Of a DNA stretch of 64,000 bases, positions 1 through 10,842 are shown piece by piece. A model generated the notes under the pieces. It had not been told where the DNA came from. It worked only from the letters and a program-made list of their open reading frames with translations, and searched no databases. A program made the translations under genes and the position numbers. Numbering within the stretch: the first letter of the stretch is position 1; each line of letters opens with the position of its first letter. The DNA comes from Bacteroidales bacterium (GTDB lineage: Bacteria > Bacteroidota > Bacteroidia > Bacteroidales > UBA932). The stretch is from the NCBI GenBank assembly GCA_024401865.1, contig JAKSKI010000001.1, positions 594 through 64,593 of the forward strand, in the 5' to 3' direction.

Positions 1-1304
1 GCGCCGTCGGCACCCATCACGGCTATGTTGGCGGTAGGCCAGGCGTAGTTGATGTCACCCCTGAGCTGCTTGCAGCTCATCACGATATGAGCGCCGCCGT
101 AAGACTTGCGGAGAGTTACGGTAATCTTGGGTACCGTTGCCTCGCCATAGGCATAGAGCAACTTTGCTCCGTGGGCGATGATGGCACCGTATTCCATCTG
201 TGTGCCGCAAAGGAAGCCCGGAACGTCCACGAGGGTCACCAGAGGGATGTTGAATGCGTCGCAGAAACGTACGAACCTGGAGGCCTTTCTCGAAGCGTTG
301 ATGTCGAGCACGCCTGCCATGGCCTTCGGCTGGTTCGCCACGATGCCCACACTCTTTCCGTTCATATGGGCGAAGCCTACGATGATGTTCTTTGCGTATG
401 AGGCGTGAACCTCGAAGAAATCTCCGTCATCGACTATGCTGTTGATAACGGAATACATATCATAAGCCTGATTGAGGTTGTCGGGAACTATGGTGTTGAG
501 CGACTCGTCAATCCTGCCGGCAGGGTCGTCCGTAGGTTTGACAGGCGCTTCCTCCAGATTGTTCTGGGGAAGGAAAGAGAAAAGCTTCTTGATGGATGCA
601 ATGGCCTCGGTTTCGTTCTCGGCGGCGAAATGGGCCACGCCGCTCTTGGAAGCGTGAACCCTGGCACCGCCAAGGTCCTCCTGGCTCACGACCTCTCCTG
701 TGACGCTCTTGACGACAGCGGGACCGGTGAGGAACATATAGGAAGTGTCCTTCACCATGAGGGTGAAGTCGGTAAGTGCGGGAGAGTAGCAGGCTCCACC
801 GGCGCAAGGTCCGAAGATACCGCTTATCTGGGGGATCACTCCCGAGCAGAGTATATTCCTCTCGAAGATGTCGGCATATCCCGCAAGAGCGTCGATACCC
901 TCCTGGATGCGTGCTCCGCCGGAATCATTGATGCCGATGAAAGGTGCCCCGCACTGCAGTGCCATATCCATGGCTTTGCAGATTTTCTCGGACATCGTCT
1001 TGCTCAGGGAACCACCGCTGACAGTGAAATCCTGGGCAAAAACGTAAACGATACGACCGTCAATCGTGCCTCTACCCGTTACGACACCATCTCCGTCAGT
1101 ATGTGATTTTTCCATACCGAAGTTGGTGCAACGGTGCTGAACGAAGGTGTCGAACTCTTCGAAGCTGCCTTCATCGAGCAGCATCGCAAGCCTTTCACGA
1201 GCGGTGAACTTGCCTTTCTCGTGCTGTGCATCGATTCTTTTCTGACCTCCGCCAAGTTCGGCTGCAGCCCTGCGGGCCTTGAGAGAACTGAGTTTGTCTT
1301 CCAT
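1..1304 (-). CDS. mmdA: Acyl-CoA (methylmalonyl/propionyl-CoA) carboxyltransferase subunit; 3' end runs off the window
   Basis: Not in the ORF track. Manual translation from ATG 1304 gives [39 protein letters not shown]...GDGVVTG; it is next to the decarboxylase beta subunit. Confidence 0.85.
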   Translation of the reverse strand, partial: MEDKLSSLKARRAAAELGGGQKRIDAQHEKGKFTARERLAMLLDEGSFEEFDTFVQHRCTNFGMEKSHTDGDGVVTGRGTIDGRIVYVFAQDFTVSGGSLSKTMSEKICKAMDMALQCGAPFIGINDSGGARIQEGIDALAGYADIFERNILCSGVIPQISGIFGPCAGGACYSPALTDFTLMVKDTSYMFLTGPAVVKSVTGEVVSQEDLGGARVHASKSGVAHFAAENETEAIASIKKLFSFLPQNNLEEAPVKPTDDPAGRIDESLNTIVPDNLNQAYDMYSVINSIVDDGDFFEVHASYAKNIIVGFAHMNGKSVGIVANQPKAMAGVLDINASRKASRFVRFCDAFNIPLVTLVDVPGFLCGTQMEYGAIIAHGAKLLYAYGEATVPKITVTLRKSYGGAHIVMSCKQLRGDINYAWPTANIAVMGADG

Positions 1305-1341
1305 TTCTTATATACGTTATAATTTATTATCAATGAATTTG

Positions 1342-2601
1342 TTAACCCAAGAATGAGATTAGTACACCTGCTGCAACCGCCGATCCGATGACACCGGCTA
1401 CGTTGGAAGCCATACAGTAATTCAGAACGTGGTTCTTGGGGTTGTATTTGGTGCTGATACCGTTGCAGACACGGCTGGCCATAGGCACGGCGCTCAGACC
1501 TGTTGCTCCTACGAGCGGGTTGATCTTCTTCTTGGCGAAGATATTCCAGACCTTGACCATGCAGATACCGCTCGCGATACTGAGGGCGAATGCGAGGAAT
1601 CCACCGGCCACGATTCCGAGGGTCGTCCAGTTCAGGAAGGCCTCTGCGGTCATCGTTGCGCCGACGCAAAGTCCGAGGAAGATGGTGGCCGTATTCATAA
1701 GGCCGTTGGATGCGGTCTGGAAAAGACGGTTGGTGTCGGGACCGATTTCCTTGATCAGGTTGCCGAACATAAGCATACCTACCAGGGAAACGGCTGTGGG
1801 GACGAAGATGGCGACTATTGTGGTCGTTGCGATGGGGAATATGATCTTGAGGGTCTTCATATTCTTCACCTCGTTCTTTTCGGGATAGAGCTTGTCCTGC
1901 TCGCGCATATTGATGAGCAGTTCATCCTTCGAGCAGAGACATTTGACCACAAGCGGGATGATCACCGGTACCAGGGCCATATAGCTGTATGCTGCAATGG
2001 CGATGGGACCGAGGAGGTGAGGTGCAAGCTTGATGGTGGTGAAGATTGCGGTAGGGCCGTCCGCTCCGCCGATGATGCCGAGGGATGCGGCTTCCTGGGG
2101 TGTGAAACCAAGCGCAAGCGCTGCGAGCAGGACTGCGAAGATTCCGAACTGTGCGGCGGCACCGAAGATGGCGAGCTTGAGGTTGCGGAGCATCGGACCG
2201 AAGTCTGTCAGAGCACCGACGCCCATGAAGATGATAGGCGGAAGAAGACCGCTCTTGATGAGGGCGTAGTAAAGGTAGGTGATTATTCCGAACTCGTGGG
2301 AGATATCGTGAAGAGGCATCTCCCAGATGTTCCTCACGGTACCGTCAGCAAGGGTGACCATACCGGCGGAATCCGCCTGCACGACGCCCATGTCACCGCC
2401 GGGGAAGTTTGCAATCAAAACTCCGAAGGCGATAGGGATGAGGAGCAGCGGTTCGTATTTCTTAACAATGCCAAGATACAACAGTCCGAACGCTATGACA
2501 TACATCAGCAAATAGGAGGGTTCGCTCACTATGTTGCTGATAGCGGTCATATCATAGACCCTTTCCAAAATTTCTGAAAAACTCTGCATACTATCTGCCA
2601 A
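1342..2601 (-). CDS. mmdB: Na+-translocating decarboxylase beta subunit (OadB/MmdB)
   Basis: Hydrophobic protein with EPLLLIPIAFG, GIIGGADGPTAIF, AAYSYMALVP and SAVPMASRV motifs. Confidence 0.92.
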   Translation of the reverse strand: MADSMQSFSEILERVYDMTAISNIVSEPSYLLMYVIAFGLLYLGIVKKYEPLLLIPIAFGVLIANFPGGDMGVVQADSAGMVTLADGTVRNIWEMPLHDISHEFGIITYLYYALIKSGLLPPIIFMGVGALTDFGPMLRNLKLAIFGAAAQFGIFAVLLAALALGFTPQEAASLGIIGGADGPTAIFTTIKLAPHLLGPIAIAAYSYMALVPVIIPLVVKCLCSKDELLINMREQDKLYPEKNEVKNMKTLKIIFPIATTTIVAIFVPTAVSLVGMLMFGNLIKEIGPDTNRLFQTASNGLMNTATIFLGLCVGATMTAEAFLNWTTLGIVAGGFLAFALSIASGICMVKVWNIFAKKKINPLVGATGLSAVPMASRVCNGISTKYNPKNHVLNYCMASNVAGVIGSAVAAGVLISFLG

Positions 2602-3049
2602 TATTCATTAATACATCATTAATATCCACTCTGCTGCCGTTTTCGACCAGAACTGCCAGGATGGTGCCGTCTTCTGAGGCACATAGAGAGCTCTCCCCTT
2701 CGGCGTTCGTGATCTTGCAGAGCACGTCCCCTTTCTTGAACTTGAACGGCAGGTTGGGCCTGCGCCCTTCGCTGTCGGGAGACAATTTGAATGTTCCGCC
2801 GACAGGAGTTATGAGATCATAGATTCCGTTCCCGGCCTCGGTAGCGGCGGGGACAGGCTCTGCCGGGGCGGGCTGAGGAGCAGGCACGGGCGCCTGCGCG
2901 CTGTTCTGCGAATTCATGCTGTCCTTGTCGGGCAATCTGTTTACCGTGGCAATAAGCAGCTTGCCAAAGTATATGACTATAAGCAGAATGACGAACACCG
3001 TCACCATTCCCGCAGCCATAAGCAAAAGACCTGTAGATAAATTATTCAT
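2591..3049 (-). CDS. OadG/MmdD-like membrane anchor fused to a degenerate biotinyl-carrier domain
   Basis: N-terminal TM GMVTVFVILLIVI, Pro/Ala linker, then a BCCP-like C-terminus without the EAMKM motif. Confidence 0.75.
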   Translation of the reverse strand: MNNLSTGLLLMAAGMVTVFVILLIVIYFGKLLIATVNRLPDKDSMNSQNSAQAPVPAPQPAPAEPVPAATEAGNGIYDLITPVGGTFKLSPDSEGRRPNLPFKFKKGDVLCKITNAEGESSLCASEDGTILAVLVENGSRVDINDVLMNIGR

Positions 3050-3109
3050 TGTGATACTGTAGTTTTGAATGTCAAAGTTATCGACTTTGCGTCAATTCTG
3101 CAACTGATT

Positions 3110-3739
3110 TCACGAGCATTTTTCCGATAGCGGCAATCGGTTATTGACGACCTTGTTGAATTCTTCAATGATTTCTGCAATGCCTTCGGGGGTGGCGGTC
3201 CGGGCGCTGCGTCGAGCCAGCGCTTCGGACAGTTGCCTCAGTTCTTCGTGAACGTCATATTCCTGTCCGGTCAAATCCTTGAGGCTTACCGGGTTGGGCA
3301 ATTCGGACGGCCAGTCTGTCTGGTTGAGGTCCAGCCCGACTCCGACTATGGAGAAATCTATTCTGCCGGCGCGTATGCTGTTCTCCACGAGTATCCCGCA
3401 TATTTTCTTGTCCCCGACCCATATGTCATTGGGCCACTTGATCCAGGGACTGATACCTTTCGAGTGCAGATAATCCCGTATGCCAAGAGTCATTATTGAT
3501 GTAACGGCCAGCGCATCCGAAGCTTTCAGGAGGCGATGCCTCAGCAGGATGGAGAAAGTGAGGTTCTGCCCGGGTGCGGAATGCCAGGTATGGTCGCCCT
3601 GACCGCGTCCCGCCGACTGCTTCGCGGTCGCGATTATCGACAGATCGCCTGACTGCTCCAGACGTCTGCGGAGCTCGTCATTTGTTGAGTCTGTGCTTTC
3701 CAGCCAGATTATTTCGGGTTCAGTAAAAGATTGTTCCAT
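3110..3739 (-). CDS. birA: Biotin-protein ligase (monofunctional, no HTH)
   Basis: DSTN, QSAGRGQ, KWPND and KKICGILVE motifs; start placed at MEQSF. Confidence 0.92.
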   Translation of the reverse strand: MEQSFTEPEIIWLESTDSTNDELRRRLEQSGDLSIIATAKQSAGRGQGDHTWHSAPGQNLTFSILLRHRLLKASDALAVTSIMTLGIRDYLHSKGISPWIKWPNDIWVGDKKICGILVENSIRAGRIDFSIVGVGLDLNQTDWPSELPNPVSLKDLTGQEYDVHEELRQLSEALARRSARTATPEGIAEIIEEFNKVVNNRLPLSEKCS

Positions 3740-3794
3740 ATTTGAAATAATTGCTGCAAATATATAAATTTGCATATTGAAAGGAAACACGGTA

Positions 3795-4697
3795 ATGGAA
3801 ATCAGACAGCTGAAGTATTTTGTCAGGACGGCGCAAATTCTGAATTTCTCCGAGGCAGCACGCAGCTTGTATGTAAGCCAAAGCACTCTTTCCCAGCAGA
3901 TAAAATCACTTGAGGATGAGCTCGGAACGATTCTGTTCCAGCGGGATTCACACTCGGCGTCCCTGACTGAAAGCGGGACGTTGCTTCTGCCGCTGGCAAT
4001 TCAGACACTTCAGGACTCCGAAGCCTGCAAGGCACAGGTGAATGACCTCAAAGAACTGCTGACGGGAGAGCTCAACATCGGCGTGACATACTCTTTCAGT
4101 CAGATTCTCACGGAGACCGTCAAGAATTTTGCCAAGGCATACCCGGGCGTGAAGCTCAATATCTTCTACAGAAACATGGCTGAGCTGATGGAAGTGCTCC
4201 GTCATCGGGAAGTCGACCTGGTGCTGGCATTCAAGCCGGACCAGCCATACGAGGAAATAGAATCCAGCTACCTTTTCGGCGACAAACTTTCAGTAATAAT
4301 GCGGAAGGATCACGCACTTGCCGACAGGGAATCCATCAGTCTTGAAGAACTCAAGCGACACCGTCTCGCCATTCCGGCGAAGGGCCTTCAAGCGCGCAAC
4401 GCCTTGGAGAAATATATCTGCATCGAACGTTCCGACCTGAATGTCTGCCTGGAGATCAACGAAGCCAATATCCTGCTTGACATTGTACAGAATACCAATC
4501 TGCTGACCATGCTGTCCGAAGCATCCGTCCGTGGACGGGACTTCCTGAAAGCAGTGCCGCTCGACCTTCCGGACAACCAGATGCAGGGATGTGTCCATAC
4601 TCTCAAACGCGTATACCACAAGCGGAGCGCAGAGGCTTTCGTGAAGATGCTCCGCGATGCAAATACAATTCAGGAAATTTCCAGTAAATGGCTATAA
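3795..4697 (+). CDS. LysR-family regulator (CynR-like)
   Basis: MEIRQLKYF...NFSEAARSLYVSQSTLSQQIKSLEDELG helix-turn-helix. Confidence 0.9.
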   Translation: MEIRQLKYFVRTAQILNFSEAARSLYVSQSTLSQQIKSLEDELGTILFQRDSHSASLTESGTLLLPLAIQTLQDSEACKAQVNDLKELLTGELNIGVTYSFSQILTETVKNFAKAYPGVKLNIFYRNMAELMEVLRHREVDLVLAFKPDQPYEEIESSYLFGDKLSVIMRKDHALADRESISLEELKRHRLAIPAKGLQARNALEKYICIERSDLNVCLEINEANILLDIVQNTNLLTMLSEASVRGRDFLKAVPLDLPDNQMQGCVHTLKRVYHKRSAEAFVKMLRDANTIQEISSKWL

Positions 4698-5197
4698 TCA
4701 AAGAACTTAACGGCACTAATCCCAAGGTTGGACAGCGGTGCTTTCTGGCAGAGAACGCTTCATTGATAGGTGATGTCACCATCGGTGACGACTGCAGCAT
4801 ATGGTACGGTGCCGTGCTGCGCGGGGACGTAAATCCGATCGTGCTCGGCGACAGGGTGAACATTCAGGACGGAGCAGTAGTCCACACACTCTACAAGCGT
4901 TCGGTCGTTGAAATCGGCAATGACGTATCTGTCGGCCACAATGCGGTGATACACGGTGCCAGAATCGGCAACAATGTCCTTGTGGGAATGGGTGCGGTAT
5001 TGATGGACAATGCCGTCATTCCTGACAATACGATCATCGGTGCCGGTGCGGTCGTGCTCAGCAATCAGGTCCTTGAGCCGGGCGTCTATGCCGGAATTCC
5101 TGCCAGGAAGGTCAAGGATGCGTCTGAATCCGTGGCAGCCGCGGCCCATAACAATGCGCAGGGCTATCTGCTATACAAGGACTGGTATAAAGAATGA
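4688..5197 (+). CDS. Gamma-carbonic anhydrase family protein
   Basis: Hexapeptide repeats, LRGDVN, NIQDG and three His ligands (VVHT, VGHN, VIHG). Confidence 0.9.
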   Translation: MAIIKELNGTNPKVGQRCFLAENASLIGDVTIGDDCSIWYGAVLRGDVNPIVLGDRVNIQDGAVVHTLYKRSVVEIGNDVSVGHNAVIHGARIGNNVLVGMGAVLMDNAVIPDNTIIGAGAVVLSNQVLEPGVYAGIPARKVKDASESVAAAAHNNAQGYLLYKDWYKE

Positions 5198-5231
5198 AAA
5201 ATGGACTTTCATACGGCTCCGGCTACCAGAG

Positions 5232-6398
5232 ATGAATCTGCCCCTTTCCATAGCGTGGAGATATCTGTTCTCCAGGAAATCACATAATGTTATCAACGTG
5301 ATTTCCCTTGTGAGTGCCATCGGGATGGCGCTCGGGACTGCTGCGCTGGTGCTGATAATGTCCGTATACAATGGTTTCAATTCCATAATAGACAGCAATC
5401 TGTCGGATTTCGATCCTGACGTGAAGATTTGTGCGGCCGACGGCGGTTATGCCGTGCCGGACAGTCTGGTCCGTATCATCGGTGCTGACAGCAGGGTGTG
5501 CCGCGTTTCCCGTTCGCTCGAGTTCGAGACCTTCCTGACATATGGCGACGCCCAGGGTGCAGCCCATCTGTTGGGGACCGACGGAGATATGTCCATAGTT
5601 CGCGGGGACCTGAATCTGGCGGCTGTGGGTGCGTCCCTTGCTTCGGATATGGGTATCAACCCCAAATTCGTCGACCCTGTCGTGATTTACGCTCCGGACC
5701 GGGAACGTAAGATCTCCCTTCTTGATCCGATGGCTTCGATGCGTACGGCCGAAGTGTATCCCGAACGCGTGTTCAGCGTCAATCCCGCAGTTGATGCAAG
5801 CACTGTCGTCGTGACGCTGTCAACCGCCAGGCATCTCTTCGGCAAGGACAACGCCTGCTCCTCCGTGGACGTGAGGCTCTGTGACAATTCCGACAGGGCG
5901 GTCAGGAGATTCAAACGTGACGTGTCCGGCAAAGTCGGAGACACATACGTGCTTATGGACAAATATGAGCAGCATCCTGACGTGTACAGGATGATGCGTC
6001 TCGAGAAGGCGGCCGTATATCTCATTCTTCTTTTTGTGGTGCTGATTGTCGCTCTCAACATCTTCGGCAGCCTTTCGATGCTTATTGTCGAAAAAAAAGA
6101 GGATATGGACACTCTGAAGGCCCTGGGCGCCGACACGGGATTGATCAACCGTATTTTCGTGTTCGAAGGATGGCTGGTGTCCCTGGCTGGAATGGGCGTG
6201 GGATTGGTGGCCGGTGTCTTGACGGCGTTCCTGCAACAGCAGTTCGGACTTGTCAAAATGCCGGGCAATTATATCGTTCAGGCATATCCCGTGGTGCTGC
6301 ATCCGGCGGATGTGCTGCTGGCCGCGGTGAGCGTGGGAGTGATAGGTTTCGTGATTTCCCTTGCCGCCTGCAGCAATATTAAAGAAACTCAACAATAG
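5232..6398 (+). CDS. LolC/E-like ABC transporter permease
   Basis: IAWRYLFSRKSHNVINVIS, SVYNGF and a C-terminal FtsX-type TM block. Confidence 0.85.
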   Translation: MNLPLSIAWRYLFSRKSHNVINVISLVSAIGMALGTAALVLIMSVYNGFNSIIDSNLSDFDPDVKICAADGGYAVPDSLVRIIGADSRVCRVSRSLEFETFLTYGDAQGAAHLLGTDGDMSIVRGDLNLAAVGASLASDMGINPKFVDPVVIYAPDRERKISLLDPMASMRTAEVYPERVFSVNPAVDASTVVVTLSTARHLFGKDNACSSVDVRLCDNSDRAVRRFKRDVSGKVGDTYVLMDKYEQHPDVYRMMRLEKAAVYLILLFVVLIVALNIFGSLSMLIVEKKEDMDTLKALGADTGLINRIFVFEGWLVSLAGMGVGLVAGVLTAFLQQQFGLVKMPGNYIVQAYPVVLHPADVLLAAVSVGVIGFVISLAACSNIKETQQ

Positions 6399-6404
6399 TC
6401 CGAT

Positions 6405-7685
6405 ATGACGCAGATCATCATAATAGTAATTCTGGCGCTTCTTGCCGCCGTTTTCGTCGTGACGACCATCATAATGTCCGGCAAGGCTTCCACGGCAAGG
6501 GAGAAGGCGGAGTCGAGCGCACTTGAAGCTGCCGCTCTCCGGGGACGGCTGCAGACGCAGGAAGCTCTTGCCGAAGAAAGGGAAAAGGCCTTCGATGTAC
6601 AGCGCAAGCAGATGGAGGAGAGTTTCAAACTTCTCTCGGAGCAGAACAGCGCCGGGCTCAGGAGACAGAATGCCGAGTCTCTTGCGGAATTGCTCAAGCC
6701 CATTCAGGAAAAGTTCTCCGGTTTCGAAAAGTCGGTCAGGGAAAGCCAGGAGAAGTCCGTGGCCCAGGATTCGGCCATGAGGGAACTGCTCAACACGGTT
6801 ATGAAGCAGAGCGAGAGCATAGGATCCGAGGCCCGCAATCTGGCGAATGCGCTTACGGGACACGCGAAGATACAGGGCAATTTCGGCGAGATGCTGCTTG
6901 TTGACCTGCTTAAGCAGTCCGGCCTTCAGGAGGGAGTCCACTTTACGACGCAGGATGTGCTCCGCGATGCTCAGGGACACGAAATCAAGAGCGAAAGCGG
7001 TGCCACGATGATTCCCGATGTCATAGTCTACTACCCGGACGGAAGCGAGGTCATCATTGATTCGAAGGTCAGTCTCAACGCATACGTGGAGTATATGAAC
7101 TGCGAGGACCCCGTACAGAGACCGGTCCTTGCAAAGCGCCACGTGGATTCGATAAGCCGTCACATCGACGAACTCAAGCTCAAGGACTACGCATCCTATA
7201 TTGAAGAAGGCAAGCGCAAGGTTGACTACAACATAATGTTCATCCCGATGGAAGGGGCTTTCAGGGCCATGCTTGATGAAGCTCCGACCCTATGGCAGAA
7301 AGCCAAGGACTCCAAGGTTCTGATTGTAAGCCAGCAGAATCTTATGATTGTGCTCAATATGATATTGATGAGCTGGAGGCAGTATGACAGGGAGAGGAAT
7401 ATTGAAGAGGTCTATTCGACGGCGTCGGAGCTTATGAGCCAGCTCAAGAACTGGATGGATTCTTTCGTGAAGGTTGGCGATTATCTGGACAAGGCAAGAA
7501 TTAGTTATGAAGACTCGCGCAAGAAACTCGTGGAGTCCAACCAGTCTGTCATCAGGAAGATTGACAAACTCGAGCATCTGAAACTCTCTCCCAAACGTTC
7601 AAACGCCAGGATAAAGTCGGGAGCAAGGATAGTGAACGGACAGGAATCCATTATTCCTGCAGAACTTTCTTCGGATTCTCGCTAA
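6405..7685 (+). CDS. rmuC: DNA recombination protein RmuC
   Basis: N-terminal TM, coiled coil, QGNFGE, PDV...IIDSK, MFIP.E. Confidence 0.9.
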   Translation: MTQIIIIVILALLAAVFVVTTIIMSGKASTAREKAESSALEAAALRGRLQTQEALAEEREKAFDVQRKQMEESFKLLSEQNSAGLRRQNAESLAELLKPIQEKFSGFEKSVRESQEKSVAQDSAMRELLNTVMKQSESIGSEARNLANALTGHAKIQGNFGEMLLVDLLKQSGLQEGVHFTTQDVLRDAQGHEIKSESGATMIPDVIVYYPDGSEVIIDSKVSLNAYVEYMNCEDPVQRPVLAKRHVDSISRHIDELKLKDYASYIEEGKRKVDYNIMFIPMEGAFRAMLDEAPTLWQKAKDSKVLIVSQQNLMIVLNMILMSWRQYDRERNIEEVYSTASELMSQLKNWMDSFVKVGDYLDKARISYEDSRKKLVESNQSVIRKIDKLEHLKLSPKRSNARIKSGARIVNGQESIIPAELSSDSR

Positions 7686-7727
7686 AATTTCGGATATTTA
7701 TAGCCCGGAAACATCAACACCAACATA

Positions 7728-9095
7728 ATGAAGAAAATATTTGTCATAGCATTTGCGCTCCTCAGCGTCGGAGCCGCAGCCCAGCAGAACGGGGGCATTT
7801 CTCCCGAGATGCTTGCGGAGATTCAGAAGGGTTACGAAGGTACAACGGCAGACAAGGCAATCCGCAACGCCCTGAACAATGCCGATTTCAACGTTCTGGC
7901 TGTCAACTCCGAGAAGGCTGCGAGGATTGACGGCAATTTCTCCGACCGTGTAAATACGGACGCTGTCACCAATCAGATGAAATCCGGCCGCTGCTGGCTG
8001 TTCTCCGGTCTCAATGTGCTGCGTGCCGCTGCCATTTCCAGGCACAACCTCGGTGACTTCCAGTTCTCCCAGAGCTACTGTTTTTTCTGGGACCAGCTTG
8101 AGAAATGCAATCTCTTTCTTCAGGCCGTAATCGACACCCGCAACAAGCCGTTCGAAGACCGTGAGGTGGATTGGTTGTTCGCCCATCCGTTGAGCGACGG
8201 AGGCACTTTTACCGGCGTGGCCAATTTGGTGATGAAATACGGTGTGGTTCCCTCATATGTTATGCCTGAGAGCCGTATAGCCAACGGAACATCCCAGTTG
8301 GCTTCACAACTTGCCACGATTCTCCGTCAGGACGGACTCCGCCTCAGGGAGAACCCCGAGGGCGTGAAGGCCAAGAAACTCCCCGCCTACCTTCAGGAGC
8401 AGAAGGTCGCCATGCTCAAGGAGATATACCACGTGCTTGCTCTGGCTTACGGAGTGCCTCCCACCCAATTCGAATGGAACGGCAGGACATACACTCCCGT
8501 GGAGTTCTACAGGGAGATGGTGGGCTATGACCTCAACAACGATTATGTGATGCTTATGAATGACCCGAGCCGCGAATACGGCAAGGTATACGAAATAGCC
8601 TATGACCGTCATCTCTATGACGGACAGAACTGGCTCTATGTCAATCTGCCTGTCGAGCGCATCAAAGAGATGGCCATAGCCAGTATCAAGGGTGGAGATG
8701 CAATGTATTTCTCCTGCGATGTAGGTAAATACCTTGACAGAGTGCGTGGACTGGCCGATCTGAAGAACTTCGACTACGAGTCCATACTTGGCGTGAAGTA
8801 CACTATGGACAAGAAACAGAGGATTATGACCCACGCCAGCGGTTCGTCACACGCGATGACTCTGGTAGCTGTCGACATCAAGGATGGCAAGACCACGAAA
8901 TGGATGGTGGAGAACAGCTGGGGTAAGAATACGGGATATAACGGATTCCTGATTATGACTGACGAGTGGTTCGACGAGTATATGTTCCGTCTTGTGGTTG
9001 ACCGCAAGTACGTACCTGCGGACGTGCTTGAGATGCTCGATCAGAAACCCGTTCAGCTTCCTGCCTGGGATCCGATGTTCCTTGGAGAAGAATAA
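7728..9095 (+). CDS. pepC: Aminopeptidase C (C1B cysteine peptidase) with signal peptide
   Basis: QMKSGRCWLF, SHAM and VENSWG catalytic motifs. Confidence 0.92.
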   Translation: MKKIFVIAFALLSVGAAAQQNGGISPEMLAEIQKGYEGTTADKAIRNALNNADFNVLAVNSEKAARIDGNFSDRVNTDAVTNQMKSGRCWLFSGLNVLRAAAISRHNLGDFQFSQSYCFFWDQLEKCNLFLQAVIDTRNKPFEDREVDWLFAHPLSDGGTFTGVANLVMKYGVVPSYVMPESRIANGTSQLASQLATILRQDGLRLRENPEGVKAKKLPAYLQEQKVAMLKEIYHVLALAYGVPPTQFEWNGRTYTPVEFYREMVGYDLNNDYVMLMNDPSREYGKVYEIAYDRHLYDGQNWLYVNLPVERIKEMAIASIKGGDAMYFSCDVGKYLDRVRGLADLKNFDYESILGVKYTMDKKQRIMTHASGSSHAMTLVAVDIKDGKTTKWMVENSWGKNTGYNGFLIMTDEWFDEYMFRLVVDRKYVPADVLEMLDQKPVQLPAWDPMFLGEE

Positions 9096-9108
9096 AGAAG
9101 AATAAGAG

Positions 9109-10398
9109 ATGAAGAATTTTTTTGACGAACTCAAGTGGAGGGGGATGATTCATGATGTCACTCCCGGTACCGAAGAAGAACTTGGCAAGGGCCCTATGTC
9201 AGCCTATGTCGGAATAGACCCGACAGGAGACTCGCTTCACATAGGACATCTGGTCAGCATAATGATACTCAAACATTTCCAGGCCTGCGGCAACAAGCCG
9301 TATGCGCTGGTGGGAGGTGCCACCGGAATGATAGGCGACCCTTCGATGAAGAGCCAGGAGCGCAACCTGCTCGATGAGGAGACCCTCGAGCACAACGTGA
9401 AGTGCATCAAGGAGCAGTTGGGCCGGTTCCTGGATTTCGGCTCGGATGCTCCCAACAAGGCCGAACTTGTCAACAATTATGACTGGATGAAGGATTACAC
9501 CTTCATCAACTTCACGAGGGATATCGGCAAACTCATCACGGTCAACTATATGATGAGCAAGGATTCGGTGAAGAAGCGTCTAAGCCGTGATTCGAGCGAG
9601 GGAATGTCCTTCACGGAGTTTACCTATCAGCTGCTTCAGGGATATGATTTCCTCTATCTGTACCAGCACCACAACGTCAGACTCCAGCTTGGAGGGGCGG
9701 ATCAGTGGGGCAATATCACCACCGGCACCGAGCTTATTCGCAGGACTTGCGGTGGAGAGGCGTTCGCACTGACCTGCCCGCTTATCACCAAGGCGGACGG
9801 GGGCAAGTTCGGCAAGACAGAGAAGGGCAACATATGGCTCGATCCCGAACGTACCTCGCCTTATCAGTTCTATCAGTTCTGGCTCAATGTCAGCGACGAG
9901 GATGCGGAGAAATACATCAAGATATTCACGATGCTCGACAGGGAGGTAATCGAATCCGCCATCGCGGAGCATCGCGAAGATCCCGGACAGCGCAGGCTGC
10001 AGAAACTCCTGGCAAAGGAGATAACCGTTATGGTTCACGGAGAATCCGAGTATGAGAATGCATTGAAAGCATCCCAGATGCTGTTCGGCAAGGCCACTGC
10101 GGATGATCTCCGCAGTCTGGACGAAAAGACCTTCCTGGCAGTGTTCGACGGTGTGCCCACCTTCGAAATCGGGAAGTCGAAACTTCCGATGAACATTCTT
10201 GACGCCCTCGCAGTCGAGACATCTGTTTTCCCTTCCAAGGGTGAGGCCCGCAAGATGATTCAGGGCAACGGATTCAGCATAAACAAAGAGAAGCGCACCG
10301 ATCCGAACGGCTCACTCTCTGAAGCGGACATCATAGACGGCAAGTACATCCTTGCACAGAAAGGCAAGAAGGATTACTATATCATCATAGTCAAGTGA
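9109..10398 (+). CDS. tyrS: Tyrosine-tRNA ligase
   Basis: HIGH, KFGKT, C-terminal S4 domain. Confidence 0.97.
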   Translation: MKNFFDELKWRGMIHDVTPGTEEELGKGPMSAYVGIDPTGDSLHIGHLVSIMILKHFQACGNKPYALVGGATGMIGDPSMKSQERNLLDEETLEHNVKCIKEQLGRFLDFGSDAPNKAELVNNYDWMKDYTFINFTRDIGKLITVNYMMSKDSVKKRLSRDSSEGMSFTEFTYQLLQGYDFLYLYQHHNVRLQLGGADQWGNITTGTELIRRTCGGEAFALTCPLITKADGGKFGKTEKGNIWLDPERTSPYQFYQFWLNVSDEDAEKYIKIFTMLDREVIESAIAEHREDPGQRRLQKLLAKEITVMVHGESEYENALKASQMLFGKATADDLRSLDEKTFLAVFDGVPTFEIGKSKLPMNILDALAVETSVFPSKGEARKMIQGNGFSINKEKRTDPNGSLSEADIIDGKYILAQKGKKDYYIIIVK

Positions 10399-10745
10399 TG
10401 GAAGGACAGGCAAGTACAAGACAACTCAAGGTCGCGAGGGAAATTCAGCGCGACCTTGCTGAAATCATTCGCGGCAGGGGAATGGCCGTGTTCGGCGGAG
10501 CGATGCTTACCGTGAGTGAGGTAAGGGTGAGCCCCGACCTGAGCGTGGCCAAGGTCTATGTCAGCGTGTTCCCCTCAGAGAAGCAGACGGAGGTTATGAA
10601 TACGCTCAAGGTTGAAGGAAAGTCCCTGAGAGGGGAGTTGGGACGGATGGTGGCCAAGCAGCTTCGGATAGTGCCGGACCTTGACTTCTATCTGGACACT
10701 ACCCTTGACTACGCCGAGCATATCGATGAGCTTCTGAAGAAGTGA
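10398..10745 (+). CDS. rbfA: Ribosome-binding factor A
   Basis: TVSEVRVSPDLSVAKVYVS, LRIVPDLDFYLD. Confidence 0.95.
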   Translation: MEGQASTRQLKVAREIQRDLAEIIRGRGMAVFGGAMLTVSEVRVSPDLSVAKVYVSVFPSEKQTEVMNTLKVEGKSLRGELGRMVAKQLRIVPDLDFYLDTTLDYAEHIDELLKK

Positions 10746-10842
10746 GGATAATGTTTATCGGGTGGTGCATTGTCACTCCTTTTTTGTAAATTTGCACCGC
10801 CTGATTCCTGTATGAATCTATATCGACAAAAATATATCTGAA

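Noticed and set aside
1429-2577. Long antisense ORFs (also 405-1106, 5820-7163, 40489-41562, 46054-47364, 55236-56270)
   Set aside because: They are shadows of well-supported genes on the opposite strand in GC3-rich DNA and carry no recognisable motifs.
10750-10767. AATGTTTATCGG(G)TGGTG, also present at about 54619-54635
   Set aside because: Only two imperfect copies 44 kb apart, in opposite orientation relative to the nearby promoters, bounding core genes; probably chance.
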